Notes under the pieces: generated by a model | What the model was told of the DNA's origin: nothing | Databases searched by the model: none | The model's input: the letters and a program-made list of their open reading frames with translations, nothing else | Program-made: the position numbers and the translations under genes | Shown here: piece by piece, positions 36,617-49,265 of the stretch | Position numbering within the stretch: position 1 is the first letter of the stretch | Layout: each line of letters begins with the position of its first letter | Source: Klebsormidium nitens | Taxonomy: Eukaryota; Plantae; Klebsormidiophyceae | DNA length: 64,000 nt | Assembly (NCBI GenBank): GCA_000708835.1 | Contig: DF237110.1 | Span: 1-64,000, forward strand | Direction: 5' to 3'

Positions 36617-39335
36617 GCGAGGTTACTCTGAGGGCCTTCCTGAACGGCCGTCTCGACCTGACGTAAGCGGAGGGCATCGCCGACCTCATCAATGCGCGCA
36701 CGACCCAGACTGACGAGAGTCCGTTGTTGACAGTGCAAGTAAGACCTCTTTATTGCCAGTCACTTGAATCCTTATGAGCAACTGCGGGCTGCATCAGACG
36801 AACCTCCATAAGCAACGCCGGATTGTGCTCAGGACTTTTCAGGGGTCTCAGCTTTGCCAAAAAACCTTAGCTTTGGAGAGAGACTGAGATATGTTTGTGC
36901 TGCGTACGAGCAGCTTCGACCATCTCAATCCCGGACGGCGGCATAGAGATCAAACGCGATAAGCCTACACTTTTCCAGAGGTTCACGAACGGCCAGTAAG
37001 AGCTCAAGCACTCCAGTAGATTCTAAGCGCTTCTCTTCCCTTTCTCGCTATCGGCGGAGTTCGACCATGTTGAGCTCGTGCTCTGGAACCAAACGTCTAC
37101 GTCTTTAATGACGTCGACCAGATCAAACCCGTGCTATGTTCCTGTTTGAGTCTTCTTCTCCAGAAATTTGTGCAAATGCAATGCGATCTGGGCTACTCTT
37201 CTCTGCATAGCACTCCCGGGTGCACCTTTTGCTTCTGCTTTGTGTTCCGTGCGTCTATATCATCGCCCGCAGCTTTTAAGGGCACTTGGGCTGGGAGACC
37301 AAACTGCTTCTGCGCGGGTTTGCACATGAGTTGCGCCCTCTATGACTTTCACAAACACGCTCCGCATGTCTTCCGGCCGCACTCAAAGACGCTTCTGAAA
37401 AGACACTGCTTTGACCTTGTAACGCTGCTCTGGCATTGAATGCATTGAATTGCTATACTAAACCCCATTGTTTCTCGTTCCGTTCACCTCGGCAATGTCA
37501 CTAGACATTCTCTTGCCGCTCTGTTTGACCCTCAGAGCCCGCAGCCGGCGAAATTCTATGACCTACCTCCTGGCGCTTCTTGTCCTCTTTCTCTGAACCG
37601 CGGAAACATGAGTCTCAGGACCCTTTCGACGTCATCCGTCCCTCACGCGATTCGCCCGGCGGAACAGGCGCATACCGCGCGACAAATCCGATTCCGCCCC
37701 TGTGCCCGGTGAGCAGGGAGTAGGCAATCGTGGTCAATTGCCGTTGACGAAAAGAAGCTTATCCACATTTCCTCATCTTTCCGGTGTATTTAATCAAATT
37801 GCTCTTTGCCCGGTGCAGAGTGACCGGGCCATGGTGACCGACATTCCTGGCATCACTCTGGACGTGGTGGAGGCAGCGGTGTCGGTCGGGGGGATCCCTC
37901 TGTACCTGCTGAACACGGTCTGCATCCGATCCACGTCAGACAGGTGAGTGACAACGGCAATTCTGCATGTTCTGCTGTACGAAAGAGAGTTGGCTTTGAT
38001 CTTGGAAGAGAAGAATTGTTTGTCGTGAACTCCCCGCTTTAGGCCGGTCCTCTGGGACTTGGACGCAGCAAATAGCCTTCGCTTCTGACAAAGTCAAATA
38101 GGGCCTTCATTCACGGTCTTGGGACAAGGCCCCCACTCTTGAGCGACTCTCGACTCCTCAAGTGTGAGACATACAGCCGACCGCGCTTCCTTTCGTGCTC
38201 ATTACTGTCGTCCGTGGTTGTTTCTGTGAATTTGTTGCAAAAGTGGGAGTTCTTCCTGAATCCAAAACTCATTTTGTCCTGCAATGCGTTCCTGAGGAGA
38301 GTCAATCTTGTCACAGGAGTTTCCGTTGGGTCGAGATTGTTGCCAGCAGACGTCCTTCTGTACCTGCCACGTCAGCATGACGTAACAATTCCGATTGCTG
38401 CAGGCGTGGAGCGCTCCAAGGACGCCGCTGCGGGCGCTGTCGTGGTCGTAAAGGTGGTGAGCGCCGCCGACGGCTGGACGGAGAGCGGGCACCTAAGTAG
38501 CGAGTGGTGGTACCCGACAGCTGGCGCCAGGTGTTCGCACGGCGGGTCGCCACGTGTGCTCGGGACGGAGTCGGTCTGGAGAGCGGGCGCTGTTAAACAT
38601 TGTTGGTGCGGGGGTGGCGGCAGCGGAGGGCATCTCACGGGCGGTGAAACAGGTAAGGGCTGATTGCAGGAGCCTTTGAAAGCATTTTTGAGATTGTGTG
38701 TTTTAACCGCTAGCATAGCTGAGCGAATCTTAGAATCCCGTAGTGAGACGCTTCTTGGTTTCAACCAGGCCATCAGCACGGAAGTACTTTTCGGAGACTG
38801 CTCTAGGTTGCTCCTCTAGGTGCAATTGAGGAGGCCGCAGCACGATTGTAAGGACCGACTTGCCGTCTTCTCAAGACTTCCCGTGATTGGCTTTGCTGCA
38901 AAGCTGAAGCTGTCTTCGCTCTTGTCAGCTAGTCTTCGACCTTGCTCTGACGTCACCCTGTTCGGCTCACTTGTGCTCTGCTCTATAAAGCAATGAACTG
39001 GCAACTCTCTTCTCGCTGCACGTGTTCGACCAGGTTGCTACCTTGCCGTTGGCCATCTCTATCAAAGTCATCTCTTCTTAAGTCAATAAGAGCTGCCAAG
39101 ACGTACCTCTGGTGATCACAGGCTAAGCCGACGTCATCCTTTCTCCGCAGCGGCAAGCGGAGCAGCTAGTGCGCGCGAGTGAGGCCCTCCAGCGCCTGGT
39201 TGCAAGCATCGATGACGACTTACCAGTCGACTTTGGGAAGGTCGACGTGCGCGAGGCAGCGCTCGCACTACGTAAGAGTAGTGGGGATGACGTCACGGAG
39301 AAGGTGCTCGACGGCAGGTTCAGAAGGAAAGTGAC
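36617..39335 (+). pseudogene. mnmE: Partial mnmE duplicate 2 (exon 4, 6, 7 and 8 remnants)
   Basis: Exon 4 copy at 36617 has CTG ACG TAA (stop where the intact gene has CAA). Exon 6 copy ~37820-37940, internally deleted exon 7 copy ~38404-38652, and diverged exon 8 copy from 39151 that lacks FCIGK. Confidence 0.9.
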
Positions 39336-40450
39336 AAGTCGAGAAGTATTTTATAGAGTGCGGAATATCAAAAAGATGGTGCAGACACCGTACGATAGGA
39401 ATCAACACAGTCGTGAGCTGAAGGTTCCTGGCGGCATAGTGTATGCATGATCTTAAAAGTGGCTTCTCAGAAACATACTATAACGACCATCCGATCTGCA
39501 TGCGATGAATGATTGATTTCTGAGCTACGTTTCCAGCTTGGCACAAGACAATGCATGCGGCACACCATATATTGATTTTGAAGTGGTTGATCAGATGTTA
39601 TACATTTTGGGCGCATGCATGCATGCTAGCTCCAATTGTACAGATACGTACATCTGACTAAGCCTGTACGTCGCGGCGGCCGCATGCACCGGCTCATGTG
39701 CTGCGCTTGTAACATACAATTTATGAAATGCCGCACCGGGTTGCACTATGTTGCAGGTTACGGGGTCATTAGGTCAGGATTGCTTTGATTAATGAAGGCG
39801 AATTAGAGGGGCGCACATGAAATTGAGCTTGCACTGACATGCGCTCGCATCCTACAGCGGCAGTCGTGCCGGGCCGGTCATGCGCGCGCTCCATTTCATG
39901 GTTACCCCGATTGCGCGCGCGGGGTTTTTTGATGCATGCACATGATCAATGGAACCAATACAGAACTCAAGGAAAACACGGCGAGGCCCCGAGTACGTCG
40001 TCTGGCCGAACGTCCCGCTAAACATGATCGAGATGGCCCCGTTCAATCTATTTCCGATTTCAGTGTCGTTGTCATCACTTCCATTGCCAACGTTCTTTGT
40101 CCGGTCTTGGTCTTCGATATGCTTTTATAGCTTATATGCTTGATCGACCTGATTCACACACTAGCTTTCCTCATGACAAAGCAAGCCTCGTCTTCTCGTT
40201 TTTCGTCAATCCGTGAAACTCTTCAGCCATGCCCATGTGCGATGATTAGCTGTGAATGAGGATGGAATCAAAAGCATACAATCATGGCAATGCGATGCCT
40301 TGAAATTCAGGGTACCTATCACAATTGTGAAGCTACCTTAAGGTGTTGCTTGGCCTCCCTCATTGTAAAGAATAGCTCTGTAAGTCAGTGCCACTCCTTG
40401 TGACTACTAGCTATGTAAGTCAGTGCTCTGCAGACCTGTTGCTTTCTTTG

Positions 40451-42637
40451 TCAAGATTGTCCCTTGACTCGGTACGAGAAGTCGACGGTGCACAACGGCA
40501 GCTCGTAATGCACGTTATTCATTACTACGACTCCTTGATAACCTAGATATCGCGGAGAGACCGCCAATCCAACAGGAAGCAACAGGAAGAGAATCAATCT
40601 GAACCTCTGATGCTGCTGCGGCGCCTGAGCTGCATCATAAGGCTGGCCTTTGCGACAGTAGCCTGTACTCGTCATCGGAGACATGGCAAACCAGTCTGAT
40701 CCGCTCAATACTCTCTTTTCCGGCAGCATTCCGTCCTTTAGGATGGACGGAATGTTGGCGGGCGGAGTGCCGTGGAAGGCGAAGGTGAGCGGAGCGATAG
40801 ACGGGGTGGCGGCGCCCATAAGCGTTCGGAAAGCAGCTGCATTTATACAAATGATTGTCGGAGCACGCAAGAAATGCGACGAGACGTCTTCAAGCAGAGG
40901 AAGATTCAACGAGACAGTGCTCATTCAGAAAAGGCAGGGCAAAGCACGGAAGTCCAAGGTCGAACAATGAAAGTCAATCAACTTCAGCCGTCACCCCATG
41001 CTCCAAACCCCCTTTGAGTTGCGGAAAGAAATCAGGTTCTCTGCATGCTCAACTTTAAAGCAAAGCCGTTTCCTTTAACGAGGCGCTCTCACGTACCTCC
41101 CAGCTTTGCCACGTGTCCGCTCATCGCGCCCCGGAAGCCCTGATACAGAGCACCCCCAGGCTGCGCCTGCTTGTTTATAGCAACCCGGGAAAGCTGAACT
41201 TTGTCAATTCCACGGCTGTGATTGTACGGCTGTAGGAGGGGCCCCTCGGTCACCTCTTGTAAGAAGCTGTCGATGCGCTCTTCCGAGATGAGAAAGTTCA
41301 GGACCTCCGTGACGACCAAGAGAGATAGTCAGCAGTCGTTTCAGGCTGGCTGCAGTAAGCCTCCTCAGGAACCAATCTGAATATAATAGGACAAGTTCGG
41401 ATGAAGCATCTTATCGAGACTGGATTGAAGTATTGCATGATTTCCGGGCAGAGATTGGATCATGTAATTCGGGAGGCACGCAAAGACCGGATGTTCAAAA
41501 GAAAGTCGCATGTCGGGCATTACAGAAGATAACCCAAGTGCACCACGGTTCAAAACCCTTTCGGTGGGGTTGGTCCAAGAGGAACGGAAAGTAACGCAGG
41601 AAAGAAAAACATCTGATCACAAAACGATCCCGATTCGTTCGAAAACTTCTACGCCCAGGAAGCGTCATTATCTGAGACCTTATAGCCGTAAGAGCTCTCT
41701 GATCAGAACGTATGTTGCGCGGAAGCTCCAAACCATTTCTTCACTTTCCTGTCTCTGCTTCGCCGCTCCGCACTCCGCAATCATGGCCGCGAGCGCAGGC
41801 GCAGTGCTGGGCAGCCGGTCGAAGATGATCGTCGAAGAGAAGCCCCAGCGGATGGCGCGGAAGGCCTTCGACGACGAAGAGCCGTCCCGCATGGTTGCGA
41901 ACGTAAGCAACCGATTCTCGCTCACGGGCTTTGAGTACCTGCATTGGAAGGAAGTTATCTTGGTCTGAATGAGACTGTCAAGCGGTTGATCAAGTTCGTC
42001 TTCTTTTCCTTGCCAAGCTGACTTTTGGAGGTTACCAGTTGATGAACACGTGCCCTACTGGCTGACACGTTAGGCCCACAACTCGTCGTGACGATTGATC
42101 TCGGAAAGAACCTCTCTTGTTTACTTCTGACTCTTCCCTATCTTGAAGAGTCAGATCGATCTCTTTCAATCAGGGACTTTCGTATTTAGACAATCTTCTT
42201 TCTTCGGACCAAAGATACATATATTAAACAGGCAACCAAGGCGAAATGAGAAGGTTCAGATAGCTTCGAGGTCTGATCGATTGGGCCTTACAAGATTTTG
42301 ACTTTGACAGCAGCACAAACGACCTTAAAGGCGCCGACACATCATTCTGCAGAGCGGGCTTACTTGGCCTCTGCGCGCGCGCGCTTCGTCTTTCTCTGTC
42401 CGCGCTTCGTCGTCCGCGCCGGCTGGAGCCCCTTCACCCGGGGCGACCGCCGCACTGCTTCTTTCACCTTGAAGGTCGCCCGCCCGGAAGCATACGCCGC
42501 GAGCATAGCTCGGGCGACGCTGTCCTCGTATGGCTGCCATTGCCTTGAATGGGGTGCTCTCCAGCTGACGTTCAGGCGGAGACCGCTCTTGACAGGTGGC
42601 GGTGACTTGGAAGCCCTCACCATGACGTAATCTAGAC
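40451..42637 (-). CDS. WWE + PARP-like ADP-ribosyltransferase, paralog 1 (5' exon not located)
   Basis: Exons: 42637-42364 (VSWRAPHSRQWQPYEDSVARAMLAAYASGRATFKV), 41938-~41749/41734 (LTFATMRD...RAIRWGF), ~41304-41097, 40836-40451 (FAFHGTPPANIPSILKDGMLP...DWFAMSPMTSTGYC...GVVVMNNVHYELPLCTV). At the positions homologous to the other copies, the intron 3 donor reads GA and the acceptor reads TG. In-frame alternative sites exist nearby. Confidence 0.7.
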
Positions 42638-44740
42638 CTGTTAGGAGATTGGAGAGGTTACGGGTTGTTGCTGAAATCGAGACGATAGTCCAGCTCCAGA
42701 AAGATTGTACTGGTCATTGAAAGCCGCTCCAAACAGCATTGAGCAATTGTGTCCCCTAATTAAGATGCATGATTTGCCTGAAGTCACGCGTTGACAGACC
42801 ACCTGCTCAAAATGCCCGGAGAGGGAATCTTTGGCAGTCAAACCTTCAATGAATGAGCGATGCTGTTGCCGCAATTGTAGACAGCATCCTTGGATTCTTC
42901 ATCGAAGAAGCCGGAATGTACGGGTTGAGCCAAGTGTAGACTGAAAAGGCTGAGTTTGTTCAACGCCCCTCCAATGCAATATAGCGCGCAAGAGAATGTA
43001 CAGAACTGTGAGATGCACTGCGTCTGCGACTGCACTGTCCAATTGCAAGAATATTTTTCTCGAGGCAAATAAGCTTGCTAACTTTCCAATGAACCAGATG
43101 AGAGCTCGAATCATTTCGTTATGTGCATTAACACCCCAGCAAACTTGTATTCTAGGTTCGTGTGCAGAACAAACTGAAAACGTTGAGAGAATGGTCAGTC
43201 TTCAGCCTGGAATCAGCTAGCAACAGTCGTTGAGGGAATTTTCCAATCGCGCTTGTTTATGTGACCGTCCGAAAAAGCTCCAACCAACGGCTGCTTATGT
43301 GCTCGACTTAGGAATCAAAATTGGTCAAGTTAGCTGGCTCGCTCGGACCCCCTTGCGCCAGAGTATATTCATGGCGCCTTAACCACCAAATGTCCTGAAC
43401 AAAGTCACGAAGCACATGACGAAGGAATGTACCCAAACGCATGCTTTGCGAAGGTTCTCTTCTCCCAGCATCAAGTACTTGCGCACATCGCCATATTGCT
43501 CACCTGTGCTGCTGTAGATGTGCTACACAGACTTGCGCCGCTGCTTTGCAAAGCGCATGTGGTGGTGGCAAGAGTTCTTCAGCGGGGCGCAGCTAAAGAC
43601 TAAACCGCTTTCGTGGGGTTTATAAGTCTTACCTTGACGCGAGCTGCGCTCAACCAGAGTTGAGGTGCTGTCACCATGACGTCGCCTTGATGGCCTCTGT
43701 TCACGTGGTTCCGCGGCGGTTAATTCTTCGCAGCACTGTGCACATCTGTCACCGGAATATCAATCATGTGGTACCGCGCCGGGTAGCGACTCAAAGTACT
43801 GGCAAACAGTCGCCGAGGCGTTACGAGTCACTTGACGCCCCTCTGAATTAGGCCGCAGGCTTGCAATTATATAATCAATTGCAAGCTAATCTTAGATATT
43901 GTGGGCCCCTGTTCATTCTGCAAATAGAGCGTCGATTATGCCCAACATATTTTTGAAACGTTTATGCGACCAGTTCAGGTCTCGCGCGCCACCGTGCCGC
44001 CTGTGCACGCATGTCCATGCCAGTCTAAACCCTGCCCAAGACTAAAGACAATCTCCCCGCTGCATCTGACGTCTTGAACGGCCGGCTTTCTGAGCGTACT
44101 CGGACTTGACATCAAGAGCAGAATTACGATCGATTCAAAGCCACAAGAACTCTTCCTGATCCAAATCCATACTTTTTCGCATGCATCGTGCCTCATCGAA
44201 AGTTGCGTCATACGGTCTCGAAAAGCTGCAAGAATTTTACCACAAAACGGCTCTACTGCCGTGCGCTCAAGCAGAATGCGATTAAAGAGAAGTAGCGTGG
44301 AAGCCAGATCACATGATGCTATGGCGCTATTCAGATTCGCTTCTTCACTGCTTTGATTAAGCCTGTGAAAGAGCGCTGTAAACGGCTGGACTGCAAACAT
44401 TCCTGATTACATGAAGGCTATCGAAATGGTCTGCATGAACAAGTGCCGAGCTGGCAGGATTACCCATGGTTGAATAGTAAAAGAATATTAACATTGTAGA
44501 CGGACTGGGCAGAGCAGCATCTTCATAATTTCTACATAAAACAAAACCCGTACTGACGCTTCCTGTTTGCTCCTAGTCCACCATACTACCGTGACTATGA
44601 CGGGATCCGACTTTCGTTCTCAACAAGAGACCTCAGGTTAGCACGTCTGAAATCAGTGCAATGGGTTTTGATGTCTACATGAATGTTTTGTCCCCAGACG
44701 CAAGAGCTTCCGCGCGCCTAGCGACCTTAAGGGCACAATG

Positions 44741-47626
44741 TCAGTAGTACCCAGTGTACGCAACCGTGCATAATGGCAGCTCGTAACCCGGATCATCCAT
44801 CACTATAACACCATAACCTGTATGCTGTGGGATTATCTTGCTTGGAACGGGCAGCAGAAGAAAGAGGATCAGTTCAAAACGGTATTTTAAGTGCGCATTG
44901 TATTTCTTGCAGTACGGAACGCTCGTTGAAGGCGATGTGGCGAACCAATCCCCGCCCTTTCCGCACGCCCTTCTTTCCGGCAGCATTCCGTCCTTCAGAA
45001 TGGACGGAATGTTTACATGCGGAGTGCCGTGAAACGCAAATTGGAGCGGCGCAATCGCATCGGAGCCGGAACCCATGGAGGATTGAAGCGCATCTGCAAA
45101 AGGACCCAAGAGGAACAGATTGCGCAGATTCGTTTACGAGAGACATTTTGAGAACCCTCAGAACTTTCTGTGTCCGCTATCGGTCACTATTTATGACGTC
45201 AGACCTTTGCATGGTGCCCCGAATAAACAGAAGCCTGGATAACTTAAGGTACGGAAATTCAAAGCGGCTGCATACGATCTTAGACGGATAAGACGCTGTT
45301 TCAAGCTTGTAAGCTCTCCTCTTCATCAACGCGTAGGGATAGGCGTTTTTCTTGAATGTAGTCGATCAGGATGATTAGAATCATAGAATCCCTAAGCAAG
45401 CTTCATCTCTGTTCGCAGAAGGTGACCGCACTGATTCGTGTCTCGGGAGATTGTGGCGTAATATCTTAAGTAAAAGAGTTTCTCTACACTCACATGCGCA
45501 TGCCTCCACGAGCACGAAGCTTCGTGTGGGTTGTCAAGACTCAATCATTGATCCTTTTCCGGATAACCTTCTTGTAACCCCGGATCACCTACCTCCAAGG
45601 TCTGCCACGTGCCCCTCCATCGCGTCTACAAAGCGCTCGATCAGCAAACCCCCCGGCCGCGCGTGCTCGTTCACAGCTAGTCGGGAGACACTGGACCCGG
45701 TCTCGGAAAGGAAGCAGTCGATCCGCTCGTTTGAAATCAGAAACTCGAGCAATTCTGAGAGAACCTGTCAATGAAAGCACACGGAAAGAGTTCAAGAGAG
45801 GGAGGAGGTGAAGCACTAAAGGAAAGCAGTTGCCAGCAACACTGCAGGCTCGAACATTAGTGCATGGAAGATAAGATTGATCAAATGCTTGACTCGTAAA
45901 TTCATGAACCATGTCCAACGCTGAGATCTGAAAGTGAGCAAACGTCAACAATATAGCGACCTTGACAGTGATTAGGCCACACACAACAAGGAGTACTCAA
46001 GGGAGTTCTGACGCCAGCGCCCAAAATTGTCGACAGTCAACCAGAGGAAGCCAGGAGAAAGTTCAAATGCACGTGCCTGTCTCCTTTTCACCCGGGCACA
46101 GGCTGCAAGCATTTTGGCGAGCTCGCGCGGAGTCCTGGGCAGTCGGTCGAAGGTGCACAATGAAGTGAGGCCGCAGCGAAATTCGTAGCGTTCGTCCCAC
46201 AATCCCTCAACTTCCACTTGCATCGTTTCGAATGTCAGCACTGGGTTGAAAAGCTGACCATCTTCTTCCCTGCACGATTTGAGCAAGCTCATCTTTCATC
46301 TCCATTGCGTCGCTGGCCATTTGTTTTGCAATCGAAAGTAAGATAGAAAAATTCGTCGAAGGGGCTCAAGAAGCAAAACTGGAACGACCAGGAAATCATG
46401 ATTTACTCCAAGGCCGGAAAGCAAAACCACCATGGATTTTGGACGTGTGTTCAGGATCGCTTTCTCAATACAGATTCCCTCGGCATTAAGCTTGACGCCA
46501 GCGACGTACAAGAATGTTCTAGCGAAGAGGGTTCGCAGCGGACTAGAATTCACAGCACTTTTCTGCATCACGTGTCAACTTAGCTTGAAATCCAGTTACT
46601 GTAAGGCGTACTCGCAGGCACTCGCACCTGTTCTCTATGTGCGGCAGCGCTGGTGTCGTCTCCTTATTCTCGTTTGGCCGCGGCGACCTTTGAAGTGACT
46701 TCTCCGGCCGAAAGGTCGCTTGTCCCGCTGCCCAGGTGGCAAGGATGGCTCGGCCAACGGTGGCTCCGCACTTGTACCAAGTACTGGAACCGGGCCCTCT
46801 CAAAATCACAAACAATCTGGGGCTGCCCTTGAATCTTGGTGGCGACGATATTTTAGGGACTGTTCAGAAATAAAGTCTCTTAATCCACTTCTTCTGTCAA
46901 AGTTACCAAACAAATGAACTCACATTGTAATGAAGCTTAGCAGGGTGGACAACATTCGGAATATACAATGGCGAGAAATTCTGAAGGGGTGATCGGGATC
47001 CAACAAAAGCAATTACAATCAATCAAAGATGACATGAAGAAGAATTGCATTTGCTGAGTCATGGTCCCTTTGCTAAGCCAGCTAGCCACACAAACCAAGC
47101 CCGGCCCTTCCCAATCTTAACGAAGTTTCAAGAGTTGCAAAGCTTTTTGGTGCTCTGAAAAAGACAAAGCCCATCCCAAACCTGCCACAGACGAGAGCAG
47201 GGATGCTTCATTTGCTAAATCAGAATCAAGGAGCTGTAGTACTGGAGAATCATTCGATATCTGGTCACGTGAATGTCATCAGACCTTCAAGACATTGTCA
47301 CGGTAGTCTTTGATCCAACCAGCAAAAGTAGGGCCTTTGTGCTGTTGCTTCTCAGAATCGTCTTTGAACTTCGCGCGCGCGCTTCTCAAGCTAATAACGA
47401 CTACAGAAGTAAGAGATACTCTATGAAATTACGGTCAAGACAGCACCAGAAGAGCAGATCAAAGACCTCGAATGACATAGATAAACGTCGCTGGCTTCTA
47501 GAATGCAAAGCTTGCAGTAAGAGGCCTTCCAAAAAGCTCACCCCTGTCGCTTTGCCAGCAGCACGCCCAACAGCACCATGTCAAGAAGAAGAGGGGGAGC
47601 AGCAGCAGCAGACACCACGCGCTCAT
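44741..47626 (-). CDS. Membrane anchor + WWE + PARP-like ADP-ribosyltransferase, paralog 2 (intact, ~340 aa, 5 exons)
   Basis: Exons: 47626-47542 (MSAWCLLLLLPLFFLTWCCWACCWQSDR), 46859-46628, 46269-46092 (or to 46077 with a GC donor), 45764-45593, 45093-44741. Phases 1, 2, 0, 1 are all consistent. ART motifs: FAFHGT, NIPSILKDGM, GDWFATSPSTSVPYC, GVIVMDDPGYELPLCTV. Confidence 0.85.
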
Positions 47627-47771
47627 GGTGTCGCTTCGACGACGAACCCTATCTCCTCAATTAAGCAGGTCGTACGAGGGCTTTTCGAACGTTTCGTTCA
47701 AGGTTGACGATTCGTCTGCATTTGACAGCTCGGTGCGTACCGGTCGCCTGAGACGAATAGCCTGAGAGACG

Positions 47772-47787
47772 CCCGGTACGTACCAGG
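47772..47787. promoter_or_regulatory. Conserved GTAC palindrome upstream of ART paralog 2
   Basis: cccggtacgtaccagg (one mismatch), ~146 bp upstream of the ATG. Homologous to 52449 and 58651. Confidence 0.5.
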
Positions 47788-47815
47788 CATGCAGACGCAG
47801 ACACTCGGGCAGGCT

Positions 47816-48510
47816 CTAATCGCCGGGCTTGCGCACGAGTCCTGACCTTTCCAAACCCTCCTCTCGGCTACCCCTTTCTGGCCTGTCCCTCGTCCCGCCC
47901 GTGCGGGTTAGATCACCAGCTTTGCACTTCGAAATAGAGTCCATTTCGAGGGTTTGTTTTGCGTGAAGCTCAAAGGAGGTCCCGGCGCGGAGCCTTTGCG
48001 ATCCTGGCCTCGGGGTAGCGGGCAGCGGCGGCGTGTGCGCGCGCGCGGCAGCACGCACCTGGTGGACCAGCACATGGGCGCGAGAGCGAGCGGCTCGCCG
48101 GGTCGTGGCGCTCCACTTGGCACCTCCAGAGCTCTCGAAGTGCCACGTGGCAGCAAGATCCCGGTTTGAAGAGTCCGTCAGTGCAACTTCGGGAGCGAAG
48201 CCGCGCGCGGCGCGGTTACGAGCGCAGGACGATCGCCGGGGCAGTGCTGAGGTCACGCTCAGGGCCGAGAGCCCGAGGCGCAACACTTCGAGGGAGGAAA
48301 TCCTGCTCACATCCACGCTCGCCGCGCTCAGTCTGCTCACAAAAGCGTTCGCGACCGGGGATCCCTGGGAAGCTGTCTTCGTGCATCATCGGCTTTCTAA
48401 TGTTTTCGTGCTGACACTCTCAGTGACCGACTCGTTGTCTCGACGGAGTTTGACAACCAATTGCGGGCAACATTATAGGCAGTGATTGGCATGGGCATGC
48501 TGCACGGGCA
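47816..48510 (-). pseudogene. Remnant of an unknown companion sequence in the ART array spacer
   Basis: PVANAFVSRLSA and tgtcatgcccgtg..catgcccatgcca match PVTNAFVSKLRA and tgtcatgcccgtgttgcggatgcccatgcca at ~54550-54730. No product is recognisable. Confidence 0.4.
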
Positions 48511-49265
48511 TGACACTAAACAAGTGTTCAGCTGGTAGCTTCTACGACTAAAACGAATTCGTCTGTATGTGCCTAAGGAGGGCCCCGAGGTAACATTCAA
48601 TGTACCCGCTGATCTTGGATCTTGGACAGCTTTCACAAGCAACGGGACATCCTAGGTAGTGAAATAACAACCTCGCCTACAGCCAGGTAAAAATCTAGGA
48701 TACGCACGCGTCGACCTCATCAAATGTACGTTGGCCTTCCGCTTTCTAAAAAGTTGTAAGCTTTTAGCTTGTGAGAAGCAATTCTGCGCGCTGCAAAACT
48801 TCGTGCGCGCAAGCACCAATGCGACTCAATCTGAAGTAGCGTGTCAGCCAGATTACCGCACGTTTCCAATGCTTCGAAGAGAAACTCTATCTTAGTCTTC
48901 CTAGGAGCATGAGGGACGCTGTAAACAGGCCGGGTTGAGGTATGCGGCTGAAAGGGAACAATCTTGATCCTGCAAACCATCTCATGAATAAAGCTGCATA
49001 TGACGTGTCGAGCTGGCAGAACTTCCCGCAATGTTACTTCGGGAAGAAATAGAAGGACCAATAAGAGCAGCTTTTCGATTCTTTGTACATACAAGACCAC
49101 CTCCACTTATGATTCCTTTTGATGCGTGTCAATCCTCCTTGTACAAGAACTCGACGTCTCCAGGACGTTTGGTCTCCCGAGAGAGAACTCAAACATGCAG
49201 ATTTGATTCTTCAATCCATGGCCGCACGATTGTCTACTTCTCTTCTGCCTCGAACACAATTTCAA

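Noticed and set aside
39490-39950. Cluster of CATGCA/GCATGC (RY-like) motifs
   Set aside because: Lies between a pseudogene and the 3' end of ART paralog 1, not in an evident promoter; probably compositional.
43330-43560. Minus-strand fragment QRRKSV*HIYS...GDVRKYLMLGEENLRK resembling a DDE transposase C-terminus
   Set aside because: The similarity is by eye only, the fragment is interrupted by stops, and no catalytic D-D region or termini were found.
43975-44400. 141-aa minus-strand ORF between ART paralogs 1 and 2
   Set aside because: No homology to the array exons and no recognisable domain. Could not be linked to paralog 1 as a 5' exon.
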